DNA of 36,502 nucleotides. It comes from an uncultured archaeon (GTDB taxonomy: Archaea; Nanobdellota; Nanobdellia; UBA10117; ARS21). The position numbers and the translations under genes were made by a program. This document shows positions 25,274-33,584 of the stretch, piece after piece. The DNA lies in NCBI GenBank assembly GCA_964010235.1, contig CAXGHT010000001.1:1-36502 (forward strand). The letters are read 5' to 3'. Position 1 is the stretch's first letter; every line of letters begins with the position of its first letter. The notes under the pieces were generated by a model. The model searched no databases and was not told where the DNA came from. It saw only the letters and a program-made list of their open reading frames with translations.

Positions 25274-26110
25274 TTATTTTTTCATTAAACCTTTTTGAAG
25301 TTTCAAAATATCATCTTTGCTCAATTTCTTACCTGTTTTCAAAGCTTCTTTAACATCAACCTTCATCTTTGCTTCATTTTTATTGAAGATTTCCATTGCA
25401 GATTTCCTTGCACTTTCAGGAAGTTTAGACATCTCTCTTAGAACTCCACCAAGTTTTGCATTCATTATATTTATTTGATCCTTTAGACCATTCAGAACAA
25501 GTTTGGAAACATTTCTTTGTCTCTTTATTGTTGTGATTTCCTTAGAAAGTACAGTGAGTCTATCGAAAATTTGACTTGATTCTTTTGCGAGAGTTTGAAT
25601 TTTATCATGAAAAGAGTCTGCTTCTTTCTTTACTAATTTAGTTCGTTCTTTGACTTGTTCGAATTCGACAGAAGGTTTTTGTGAATCTTGATAATCTTTT
25701 ATAGTTTTTTTCAAAGACTTAATTTTTTTCATTATATTTTTTTCTTTAGTCATACTGACTGCACCAGTTTGAACTTGGTAGTCTAGTTGTTGAATTTCTG
25801 CTAAAAGTTTTTCTTTGTTAATTTTTGGAGATTTATTTCGATTTTTTTTATGTTGAACTTTCAAATGTTTAAGCTTCTTCAAACCTTCACGAACTTCTTT
25901 GTTTTTGTTGTTTCGCTGTTTTTTCAAAGAAGATAGTTCTTTTTCAATCTCTTTTTTGCGAGCATTCAAATCGACTGCTTCCTTTATTAATTTGTTTAGA
26001 ACTCCACCAAGTTTTGTTTTTTCTCTATATTTTTGTTCTTTCTTGCTGCCTAGTTCTCTAAGAGAACCAGTGAGTTCCTTTGCCTGTGTTTTTAATATAT
26101 TTATATCCAT
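25274..26110 (-). CDS. lysine-rich coiled-coil protein (resembles the uncharacterised archaeal coiled-coil family, COG1340-like)
   Basis: 278 aa, heptad-rich throughout. C-terminal KTGKKLSKDDILKLQ motif. GGAGGAT Shine-Dalgarno 6 nt upstream of the ATG. Confidence 0.6.
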   Translation of the reverse strand: MDINILKTQAKELTGSLRELGSKKEQKYREKTKLGGVLNKLIKEAVDLNARKKEIEKELSSLKKQRNNKNKEVREGLKKLKHLKVQHKKNRNKSPKINKEKLLAEIQQLDYQVQTGAVSMTKEKNIMKKIKSLKKTIKDYQDSQKPSVEFEQVKERTKLVKKEADSFHDKIQTLAKESSQIFDRLTVLSKEITTIKRQRNVSKLVLNGLKDQINIMNAKLGGVLREMSKLPESARKSAMEIFNKNEAKMKVDVKEALKTGKKLSKDDILKLQKGLMKK

Positions 26111-26158
26111 TTGTATCCTCCGTGGTTTGAGGTAATCGGGTTAATACATTATCCGGTT

Positions 26159-26473
26159 TTAACCGAACAATGCACCAAGACCTTCGGAGACGTCTTCTTC
26201 AGAAGCTTCTACTGTTTCTTCTTTTGCTTCTGCTGGACTTTCTTGAGCTGCGTCTGCGCTAGCTGCTGGAGCTGCTGGAGCTGCACTTGCACTTGCCAGT
26301 TGAGTTTCTTCAATTACTTTGTTGATATCAACACCTGCAAGAGCTGCGGCAGTTGCCTTAACTCTAGCTTCATCAACGCTTACGCCAGCTGCAGATAAAG
26401 TCTTTGTAAGTGCGTCAGCACTAACGTCTTTTCCTGCCTTGTTCAATAACATTGCTGCATATACGTATTCCAT
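26159..26473 (-). CDS. rpl12: ribosomal stalk protein P1 (aP1 / L12e)
   Basis: MEYVYAAMLL N-terminus, Ala/Pro hinge, acidic tail ending EGLGALFG. Confidence 0.92.
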   Translation of the reverse strand: MEYVYAAMLLNKAGKDVSADALTKTLSAAGVSVDEARVKATAAALAGVDINKVIEETQLASASAAPAAPAASADAAQESPAEAKEETVEASEEDVSEGLGALFG

Positions 26474-26476
26474 TTT

Positions 26477-27484
26477 TTATTCCTTATCAGATTGATTATC
26501 TGAAGATGATTCCTCTTCTTGAGGAGTTTCTGATTCAGCAGTCTCAGCTGCTTCTTGTTTTTCTTCTGTATGCTCTTCTGTTTCAGGAGCATTATCTTTA
26601 TCTTCTTTTTGGTCTTCTGCTGGAACTTCTCCAACCTTTTCTTTTAGAGTTGAAGCAACAGCGTCAGCCTTTGATAGGACCAATTCTTTAACTTTATCAG
26701 CAAGAATTCCTTGCGAGTAAGCAAGTTTCATTGCATCCATTTCTGCATTTTGAAGCATAATTTCTGCTGTTTCTTTGTTAATTAATCCTGTTCCAACTGC
26801 AAGTTTCAATGCGTCAATATGTAATGATTTAATTTGAGCGATTACTTCGTCTGAATCTACATCTAATTCAGATCTCATAAAAATTGTACCATCTTCTAAT
26901 GCGGCGACTAAATTTAGACCAATCTTCATTGGTTTGATATCTAATCTTTCTAGTAATGCTGCAAGTTGTGCTGAAATAATATCACCTTCTTTTGCAACTT
27001 CTGAATCTGCTTTGATCTCAATTTTTCCTGCATTAATTCCTGCTTTAATACCGACATCACCAAGTTCTCCAAGAATTGGACCTGGAGCAAAGTTAGTCAT
27101 TCCTGCTGGAACGATAATATCGAACGGTGCCTCTTGACCACCTTTTGCAGCTGAAGGAGACATGTTAGATTTTAATAATGCCCATAATGAAAATGCATCC
27201 AATTCTGAAGTTATAATTGCAGGCATTCCTTTGAAGTGTTGTATAAGCTCTGCTGCTTTGTCTCTTCCTGAACTTTCTAATGCTCTAGACATTAGAGTTT
27301 TTCGAGACATAAGAATATCCACTTTTGGGTCGATTTTTTCTTTGATAACTTGAAGTTGTCGTGATGGAAGATCTTTCATGTTAAGAACTGCGACAGTATT
27401 TGCACCTTTGATGTTTTCAGCCATGGATTTGATTAAATCTTTCTTCCAACTTGCTGCCTTTGTTTTGTATGCTGTTTCTGCCAT
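26477..27484 (-). CDS. rplP0: ribosomal stalk protein uL10 (P0)
   Basis: Typical P0 N-terminal rRNA-binding domain and P1-binding helices. Acidic C-terminus. Confidence 0.92.
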   Translation of the reverse strand: MAETAYKTKAASWKKDLIKSMAENIKGANTVAVLNMKDLPSRQLQVIKEKIDPKVDILMSRKTLMSRALESSGRDKAAELIQHFKGMPAIITSELDAFSLWALLKSNMSPSAAKGGQEAPFDIIVPAGMTNFAPGPILGELGDVGIKAGINAGKIEIKADSEVAKEGDIISAQLAALLERLDIKPMKIGLNLVAALEDGTIFMRSELDVDSDEVIAQIKSLHIDALKLAVGTGLINKETAEIMLQNAEMDAMKLAYSQGILADKVKELVLSKADAVASTLKEKVGEVPAEDQKEDKDNAPETEEHTEEKQEAAETAESETPQEEESSSDNQSDKE

Positions 27485-28125
27485 TATATATTCACCTTCT
27501 TTGACATTGTAGATTTTACGTAAACTTTGCCTAGATTATTTCTTCCGTTTGGTAAGGCGTGTTCAACTGCACCTACAACTTTGATTATGTTTGCTGCCAA
27601 TTCTTCATCCTTTTGATCTTCATAACCAATAGAACATTGGAATACTGGTGCTTTATTTGCAACCAATCTTACAGTATCTCTTAATTTTGTTACAATAGGT
27701 TCTAAGTTTGCCTTTGGTGGAACAATTGCTCCAGCCCTTGGACTTGGCATGCGATTAATTGGACCGAAATATCGACCGAAAACTTGAGCGATTTGTGGCA
27801 TCATATCTGCTTGAGCTATGAAATAATCAAATTCTCGAGCAAGCTTTTTAATTTCTCTCGGTTTTTTCCATTTTTCGAAATTAGAAGATAAAATAACTTT
27901 GTCAGCCGCCTTTGCACCCGCTTCAGATTCGTTACCGACCAAAGCACAAATTTTAGCTTTCTTAGTTTTTCCTGAAGGAAGTCTGACAAATTCTTCAATT
28001 TTACCTTGTTTATTCATGTCAATATCTTTCAGAGTAATTATAATATCGATAGATTGTGAGAAATTTCTCTTAGAAGTAATTTTTCTTAATTCTGTTAATG
28101 AGTTTTTGATAGATTTTTCATCCAT
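27484..28125 (-). CDS. rpl1: ribosomal protein uL1
   Basis: Typical uL1 sequence (FSQSIDIIITLKDID...GKAKICAL...). Its stop overlaps the P0 start. Confidence 0.95.
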   Translation of the reverse strand: MDEKSIKNSLTELRKITSKRNFSQSIDIIITLKDIDMNKQGKIEEFVRLPSGKTKKAKICALVGNESEAGAKAADKVILSSNFEKWKKPREIKKLAREFDYFIAQADMMPQIAQVFGRYFGPINRMPSPRAGAIVPPKANLEPIVTKLRDTVRLVANKAPVFQCSIGYEDQKDEELAANIIKVVGAVEHALPNGRNNLGKVYVKSTMSKKVNI

Positions 28126-28170
28126 TTCGCTTACGCTCCTACCTAAGTAGTAATATGAGCTAATTATTCG

Positions 28171-28181
28171 GATTTATAAAG
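28171..28181 (-). promoter_or_regulatory. TATA box for the L1-P0-P1 unit, followed by a short Shine-Dalgarno-containing leader
   Basis: CTTTATAAATC on the minus strand, about 50 nt upstream of the L1 ATG. TAGGAGCG lies 9-16 nt upstream of the ATG. Confidence 0.45.
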
Positions 28182-28193
28182 ATTGTTATTCGA

Positions 28194-30320
28194 TTAAGGT
28201 CTCATTGAGTAACTTAACGAATCTAAGTACTTTGTACCAGATTCAGTAACAACTTTGTAAAATGGCAAATATGTGAGTTTTTTTGCACGAACTTCAAGAC
28301 CTTTCGATTTTAGAAATTCTACAACCTTGCTTTCAGGAATTTTTGGAGGTCGTTTCTCTCCCTGAAGGTTGAGATATTTAGGTTTTAATATGAAGTTCAG
28401 ATTCTTTGGATTAAATGAAGCGCTTTTTTCTGAAATTATTTTATTCTCAACATGAATTGAACCTTGTCTAACTAGCGATTTTAGAATACCGTCAACTTCA
28501 CTGAAACTTAATCCCGATTTTACAAATACTTCAGAAAGCGGAGTTTTAGGTTTCTCCTTAATCAAATTCATAATTTTTTGTTGATTTCCTGAAAGTGCTG
28601 GAGCTGAACCACTAAGACTAATTCTTTTTAGTGAACGATTTAGATGAAGTGCACTGAATTTTTCAAGATCAAAAACCAAGTGATAATTGTTTCCTGCCCT
28701 TTCACAAATTGTACTTAATACTGGTTTCATTACGAAAGAGACAGATTTGATTGGAGTTTTTTCAATAGTTTCAATTTCTTTCTTTGAAATCCGAGGTTCA
28801 AATATACTTAATTGTGAAACTGTTGGTGAAGGTTGAGGTGTGCTTCTTGCAACTGCAGTTTGTTGAGTTTTTGCAGGTACTTGGACTGTTACTTGTCTTC
28901 CTTCCTTTGAGAAATCTGCACGTTTTGCTTCAGAAATATCAAATGATTTTGAAGTTCCACCATGTAGAGATTTTCTTACTCGAATGTCCACGAAGATTGG
29001 AAAGTCTGTTGCACCAATCACCATCGCTTTTCCAATTGGAAGATTTCTGATTTCGTTTTCTGCCTCAGAAGTTACACCTTCAAAAGAACGAGAAATTGCT
29101 GCTAAGTCTGAAGGATTTGTAACTTGTAATGCGATCTGACTGCTACATTGAGATAAAACAGACTTATCAACTCTTGCAGGTCTTTGAGAAATTATACATA
29201 CGCCAAGACCGAATTTACGACCCTCTGATGCAATTGTTCTTATTATTTTTGATGACTTTGCTTCTCCAAAACCTCGCTCAGGACAATAGTTATGTGCTTC
29301 GTCAATAATCAAAAATCCCGGAGGAATTTGTTCCATTTTCCGTTCTTCAAACATATTTGTTAGAAGACTTCTTGCTACAATTTCCTGAAGTTCTTGAGAT
29401 GCGCCTTTGAAATTTATTATTGTTAATTGTCCTGGTTTGACAATTTCATTAATTGGGGTTGCATTATGACTGAATAGTCCGCTTTGTTCAAGTTGTTGTA
29501 TCCCTCCAATAAGTCTCCACTTTGCTGTCGATTCTGCAATCTCAAGCTCTTTAATCAATTCGTCAAATTCAAATCTACCTTTCCTTTCTACCAGATCATT
29601 TATTACATTGTATAATAATCCTCGCTGGGCATCTGTCGCTTTGAATGGAAGTGTTTCAGTTAATGTGAAAGGATCATTTGGGATCTTTAGACGAATCTGA
29701 TGTGCATCAATATTTATTGAAGTGTTCACTGCAAATTCCATAAGTTTGTCACCGTATGCCTTTGCCTGAATACCATAATGCTCGAAATAATCTGTTTCTT
29801 TTTTGTTGTTATTTGGACTTTTTATTGAAGAATATTCTCCGTGAGGATCAATAATTACAACCGGAACGCCCATGTCTAAAATTTCTTCAAGAATTACTCC
29901 AACAGCATAAGATTTACCTGCTCCAGATTTTGCTAAAACTGCCAAATGTTTTGTAATCAGTTTTTTTGGATCAAGAAATGCCTTTATTGCCTTTCCTTGA
30001 AGGCGACCCAAATATACACCATTCATTCTCAAATCTAATATACTCTTAATTAGATTATCTTCAGCTATAGATACTTCAGTTCCTGGAGCGAAAGGCGTTC
30101 TTGGTTGTCGTAAAAATCCTCGTTCAGTTCTGTGACCAATAATTGCACAACTTGCATAAGTCATATTATCTACTTTCTCAACTTCCACGACCTGATTTAA
30201 AACCGGACCAACTTCTGGATGATTAACTTCAACATAATCCCATTTATTTACGAGACTTTTTACTAAGAATTTGAAACTTGTAGTTGATGTTCTACCTGAA
30301 ACGGTGCCAATGGCTTCCAT
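28194..30320 (-). CDS. HerA/DUF87-type hexameric ATPase with a C-terminal extension of about 250 aa
   Basis: N-terminal HAS-barrel-like region, Walker A LAKSGAGKSY, Walker B FLIIDEAHNY, ISQRP. Then a Q/T/P-rich linker and a tail containing a wH-like segment (MNLIKEKPKTPLSEVFVKSGLSFSEVDGILKSLVRQGSI). Confidence 0.8.
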   Translation of the reverse strand: MEAIGTVSGRTSTTSFKFLVKSLVNKWDYVEVNHPEVGPVLNQVVEVEKVDNMTYASCAIIGHRTERGFLRQPRTPFAPGTEVSIAEDNLIKSILDLRMNGVYLGRLQGKAIKAFLDPKKLITKHLAVLAKSGAGKSYAVGVILEEILDMGVPVVIIDPHGEYSSIKSPNNNKKETDYFEHYGIQAKAYGDKLMEFAVNTSINIDAHQIRLKIPNDPFTLTETLPFKATDAQRGLLYNVINDLVERKGRFEFDELIKELEIAESTAKWRLIGGIQQLEQSGLFSHNATPINEIVKPGQLTIINFKGASQELQEIVARSLLTNMFEERKMEQIPPGFLIIDEAHNYCPERGFGEAKSSKIIRTIASEGRKFGLGVCIISQRPARVDKSVLSQCSSQIALQVTNPSDLAAISRSFEGVTSEAENEIRNLPIGKAMVIGATDFPIFVDIRVRKSLHGGTSKSFDISEAKRADFSKEGRQVTVQVPAKTQQTAVARSTPQPSPTVSQLSIFEPRISKKEIETIEKTPIKSVSFVMKPVLSTICERAGNNYHLVFDLEKFSALHLNRSLKRISLSGSAPALSGNQQKIMNLIKEKPKTPLSEVFVKSGLSFSEVDGILKSLVRQGSIHVENKIISEKSASFNPKNLNFILKPKYLNLQGEKRPPKIPESKVVEFLKSKGLEVRAKKLTYLPFYKVVTESGTKYLDSLSYSMRP

Positions 30321-30415
30321 GTGTAATTTTTTTAATAGTTATATAAAAGCGTGTGTATGGAAAATTGGTTATTTATAGTACAAACAGTTTAATAATCTTA
30401 AAATAATATTTTTAC

Positions 30416-31039
30416 ATGATTAAAGTATTGGTCTTTGATTTTTCCGGAGTATTATATGGTTCAAGATTTGAAATGCTTACAAAATCACTTATTGATATCG
30501 TGCCCGGACTTGAAAGTGATAAGATTATTGAAACGTTTTATAACAAATACAACGATTATAAATCGGGAAACCTAACTGAGTCAACTTTTTGGAATGAGGT
30601 TTTTTCAATACTTGAAGTTCCTCGAGATAAGATTTCAAAGATAACCAAGATAGTTTTCGACAAAGGGATTTTTACTGAAAATAAATATTTACTTTCGCAG
30701 ATTGAAAGACTTTCTAAAAACTATAAGATTGCAGTCTTATCAAATAGTTCAAGAGAAATGGAATGGGTTCTTAATGATTCAGAATATCATAAGTTTTTTG
30801 ATGAATTTTTCTGGAGCCACAATTTTGGAGCACGCAAACCTGCTGAAAAATTCTATAATGCGGTTGTAGAGAAATACAAAGTAAAACCTTCTGAGATTTT
30901 ATTTTTTGATGATAAAGTAAGAAATACTTCTGCAGCAAATGAACTCGGTTGGAATACAGTAATATTTACTCCAGAAATTTATAAAAGTGAAGAATTATTT
31001 TTGAATGAATTAGAAAAGTTTGAAATTAAATCCAGTTAA
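30416..31039 (+). CDS. HAD-superfamily hydrolase (subfamily IA-like, variant motif I)
   Basis: Motif I VFDFSGVL (second Asp replaced by Ser), LSNSS, KPAEKFY, FFDDK. Confidence 0.7.
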   Translation: MIKVLVFDFSGVLYGSRFEMLTKSLIDIVPGLESDKIIETFYNKYNDYKSGNLTESTFWNEVFSILEVPRDKISKITKIVFDKGIFTENKYLLSQIERLSKNYKIAVLSNSSREMEWVLNDSEYHKFFDEFFWSHNFGARKPAEKFYNAVVEKYKVKPSEILFFDDKVRNTSAANELGWNTVIFTPEIYKSEELFLNELEKFEIKSS

Positions 31040-32009
31040 CTTCAACTTGATCGGTTCGCCATTTTCCATCAACTTCCGTGTCTGAAATCTCTTGTCTTTT
31101 TCCGGCGCCGTATTCAATAATTCCTTGCCAGGCAATCATTGCTCCTTGATCTCCTGAAAGCGCTCTCGGACACACTTCAAATTTTACTCCTCGTGATTTA
31201 CACATTGTTTCAAGCATTTTTTTTAGTCTTTTATTTGCAGCGACACCCCCAGTTAAGAGTACTTCATTTTTACCAATGTGTGCTACAGCTCTTTCTGTTG
31301 CCTCAGTTAACATTGCGAAAACAGTTTCCTGTGTTGAGAATGCTAAATCTTCATTTGAATGTTTTCCACTTTCAACTAACTGTCTTAATTTTGTTTGAAC
31401 TCCTGAGAAAGAAAAATCCATTCCCTTGATGCTGTAAGGAAGTTCAATGTAATTTTTTCCGCTGGATGCTAATTTTTCAATTGCTGGCCCGCCAGGGAAA
31501 CCTGTTCCCATAAATCTTCCAACTGTATCTAAGAATTTCCCAACACCAATATCAAGAGTCTCTCCGAAAACACGATATCTGTTTCCAGCATAAGCAATAA
31601 TTTGAGTATTTGCTCCAGAAACATAAAGTGTGACTGGATCCTTTAATTTGGTTTTTTGTTTTCCTATTTCAATGTGAGCAACACAATGATTTACTCCAAC
31701 TAAAGGTATGTTCAAAAGTTTTGACAATGTCCTTGCGGTTACTGCTCCCGTTCTCAAAGTTTGCCCCAATCCCGGTCCTTGAGAAAATGCAATTAACTCA
31801 ATGTCAGAAAGTTTTAGTTTTGCTTCGTTTAGAGCGGCCTTGATTAATTCGTCGCAAAGTAGAATGTGATGGTTGGTTGCTTTGATTGGGTGTATCCCGC
31901 CTTTCTCGGTAGTGTACATGCTATGTTGGTTTGCTAACACCGTTCCCTTATCATTTACAATACCAATCCCAAAAGTGTGAGCTGTTGATTCAATTCCTAA
32001 GCATATCAT
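31026..32009 (-). CDS. kae1: Kae1, tRNA N6-adenosine threonylcarbamoyltransferase (t6A)
   Basis: MICLGIESTAHTFGIGIV, NHCVAHIE metal motif, ASKHA fold length. No Bud32 fusion. Confidence 0.93.
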   Translation of the reverse strand: MICLGIESTAHTFGIGIVNDKGTVLANQHSMYTTEKGGIHPIKATNHHILLCDELIKAALNEAKLKLSDIELIAFSQGPGLGQTLRTGAVTARTLSKLLNIPLVGVNHCVAHIEIGKQKTKLKDPVTLYVSGANTQIIAYAGNRYRVFGETLDIGVGKFLDTVGRFMGTGFPGGPAIEKLASSGKNYIELPYSIKGMDFSFSGVQTKLRQLVESGKHSNEDLAFSTQETVFAMLTEATERAVAHIGKNEVLLTGGVAANKRLKKMLETMCKSRGVKFEVCPRALSGDQGAMIAWQGIIEYGAGKRQEISDTEVDGKWRTDQVEVNWI

Positions 32010-32031
32010 ATTAATATTAACTAAACTAAAT

Positions 32032-32946
32032 TTATAAAATAAGCGGCAAAATTAATGTAACATCACCTTCAACAGTAATGTGACTTGCTTCTTTCTTTAC
32101 TTTACCCCACGAAATTGCTTCCCTTGTTTGTGCGCCACTTAGAGAACCATCATATTCTACAGCAGTACTTACTTGAACAGCGTAATCTAATCCATCTCTG
32201 AATTGATTAAACCAAATAACGTGATGTTTTGAAATTCCACCACCAAGCATTATTGCTCCAGCTTTCTTTGCTCCAGTTACTCTAACGTAAAAATCTTGAT
32301 CGTCTTCAAATAAATTTAATTTAAAGTCTTTGTTCATTTGCCAATAATTCCAAAGTTGTGCCCCCCACGCTCCGTCAAGAGGTCCAGGCAAATAAACAGG
32401 AATTTTGTTTTTCCAAGCCCAGTAGATTATCGTATCTTCTGCGCCCTTTTCATTTTGGATTGCTTCTCCGAAAGCCCAAATCAATTCGTGAACTGACCAC
32501 TCCTTTCTTTCTGAGTGAAGCTTTTTGATTATTGGTTGTAAATTGTCTTCAAGAATTTCACCATAACATTCATTTGGAACTAGAACATTTCCAAGTCTGT
32601 TGATTCCCTTCTTATGTAATTCTTTGTCGTCCATCATGAATGAACCTTGGTAATAATCTTTCCACAATCTTGCTAAATCGTGATCAAGTGTTCCGCAAGT
32701 TGTCATAATTGCGTCAACTTTTTTGTTCTTAACTAAATCTCGAATTAATCCTCTTGTTCCTGTTGAAACAATACATGCTGGATGACTTAAAATTTTAAAA
32801 CAATCCTTGTCAGATTGCATGTTTTTGATTATCTTTGCAGCCTTTGCAACTTTTGATGCTGAGAATCCGCCCGCCTCAGAAAACTGATTAATTAACTCTT
32901 TGATAGTCGTGTTCTCAGTTATGTTTAAATCGTTGACAGCTTTCAT
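32032..32946 (-). CDS. dys: deoxyhypusine synthase
   Basis: TTCGTLDHDL, GGGISKHH (catalytic Lys region), typical length. Confidence 0.93.
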   Translation of the reverse strand: MKAVNDLNITENTTIKELINQFSEAGGFSASKVAKAAKIIKNMQSDKDCFKILSHPACIVSTGTRGLIRDLVKNKKVDAIMTTCGTLDHDLARLWKDYYQGSFMMDDKELHKKGINRLGNVLVPNECYGEILEDNLQPIIKKLHSERKEWSVHELIWAFGEAIQNEKGAEDTIIYWAWKNKIPVYLPGPLDGAWGAQLWNYWQMNKDFKLNLFEDDQDFYVRVTGAKKAGAIMLGGGISKHHVIWFNQFRDGLDYAVQVSTAVEYDGSLSGAQTREAISWGKVKKEASHITVEGDVTLILPLIL

Positions 32947-32952
32947 AATTTT

Positions 32953-33150
32953 TTATTCAGAAGGTTTTTCTTCTTGTTTTTGATTATCGGATTCAGTGTG
33001 TCCAGTTGCACCACAATGTTTTCTGTCTTTGTGTACTGCCATAAACAAACCATTGTCTTTTGGCGATCGAGGATTCTTTCGGATTAGTTGTCCGTCCTTG
33101 ACTTCGTAAAGTTTCCATCTTTGATATGCTGGTTTCTTTTCGTCTGCCAT
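32953..33150 (-). CDS. rps27ae: ribosomal protein eS31 (S27ae) with a degenerate zinc ribbon
   Basis: RWKLYEVKDGQLIRKN...GLFMAVHKDRKHCG..GHTE aligns with archaeal S27ae (KLYE..DGK..RK..CPRCG.GVFMA.H.DR..CGKCGYTE). Canonical position after S24e. Confidence 0.8.
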   Translation of the reverse strand: MADEKKPAYQRWKLYEVKDGQLIRKNPRSPKDNGLFMAVHKDRKHCGATGHTESDNQKQEEKPSE

Positions 33151-33584
33151 TATTCAGTTGATTCCTCTTCTTTTGTTTCTTCAGTTTCTGTAGCTTCAGC
33201 CACTTCTTCCGTGGATGTTTCTTCAGCAGGAGTTTCCTCCACTGGCGCTTCAGCTTCAGCCTTTTTTTCCTTAGCTTCTTCAACAGCTTTCTTTTCAGCT
33301 TCAAATGCTTTTTCTCTACGTGCTGCAAAGTGCTTGTTTTCAATTCTTGAAATTACTTCTGCATTGTCGTAGATATAGAATTTTGCTAAGCTTTTGTTTG
33401 CTCCGAATTCAGTTTTCATTTTCTTCAGAACAATTTGTTCAGCCGGTGATTTGAATTTAACTGACATGAATTTGTATAATTCTGCACGAGAAGGAGTTTG
33501 TGCATTATTGTGATCAATTTCTAGATTGATCTCTTTACGTGAGAATAATTTATTTTCTGTTTCTTGTAATACTTTTGTTTTCAT
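33150..33584 (-). CDS. rps24e: ribosomal protein eS24 with an acidic C-terminal extension of about 48 aa
   Basis: NKLFSRKEINLEIDH...TPSRAELYKF...FGANKSLAKFYIYD is typical of S24e. The tail is E/A/T/K-rich. Confidence 0.88.
   Translation of the reverse strand: MKTKVLQETENKLFSRKEINLEIDHNNAQTPSRAELYKFMSVKFKSPAEQIVLKKMKTEFGANKSLAKFYIYDNAEVISRIENKHFAARREKAFEAEKKAVEEAKEKKAEAEAPVEETPAEETSTEEVAEATETEETKEEESTE

Noticed and set aside
26262-26296. Short tandem DNA repeats (GCTGCTGGA x2 and a partial copy, then CACTTG x2)
   Set aside because: They encode the Ala/Pro/Ser hinge of stalk protein P1. This is ordinary low-complexity coding sequence, not a regulatory or CRISPR-like repeat.
32993-33343. 116-aa Lys-rich ORF, and the Lys-rich or Leu/Phe-rich ORFs at 26443..26634 and 26452..26691
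   Set aside because: They are alternative-frame readings of the GAA/AAG-rich DNA that encodes the acidic tails of S24e, S27ae and P0. They are composition artefacts.
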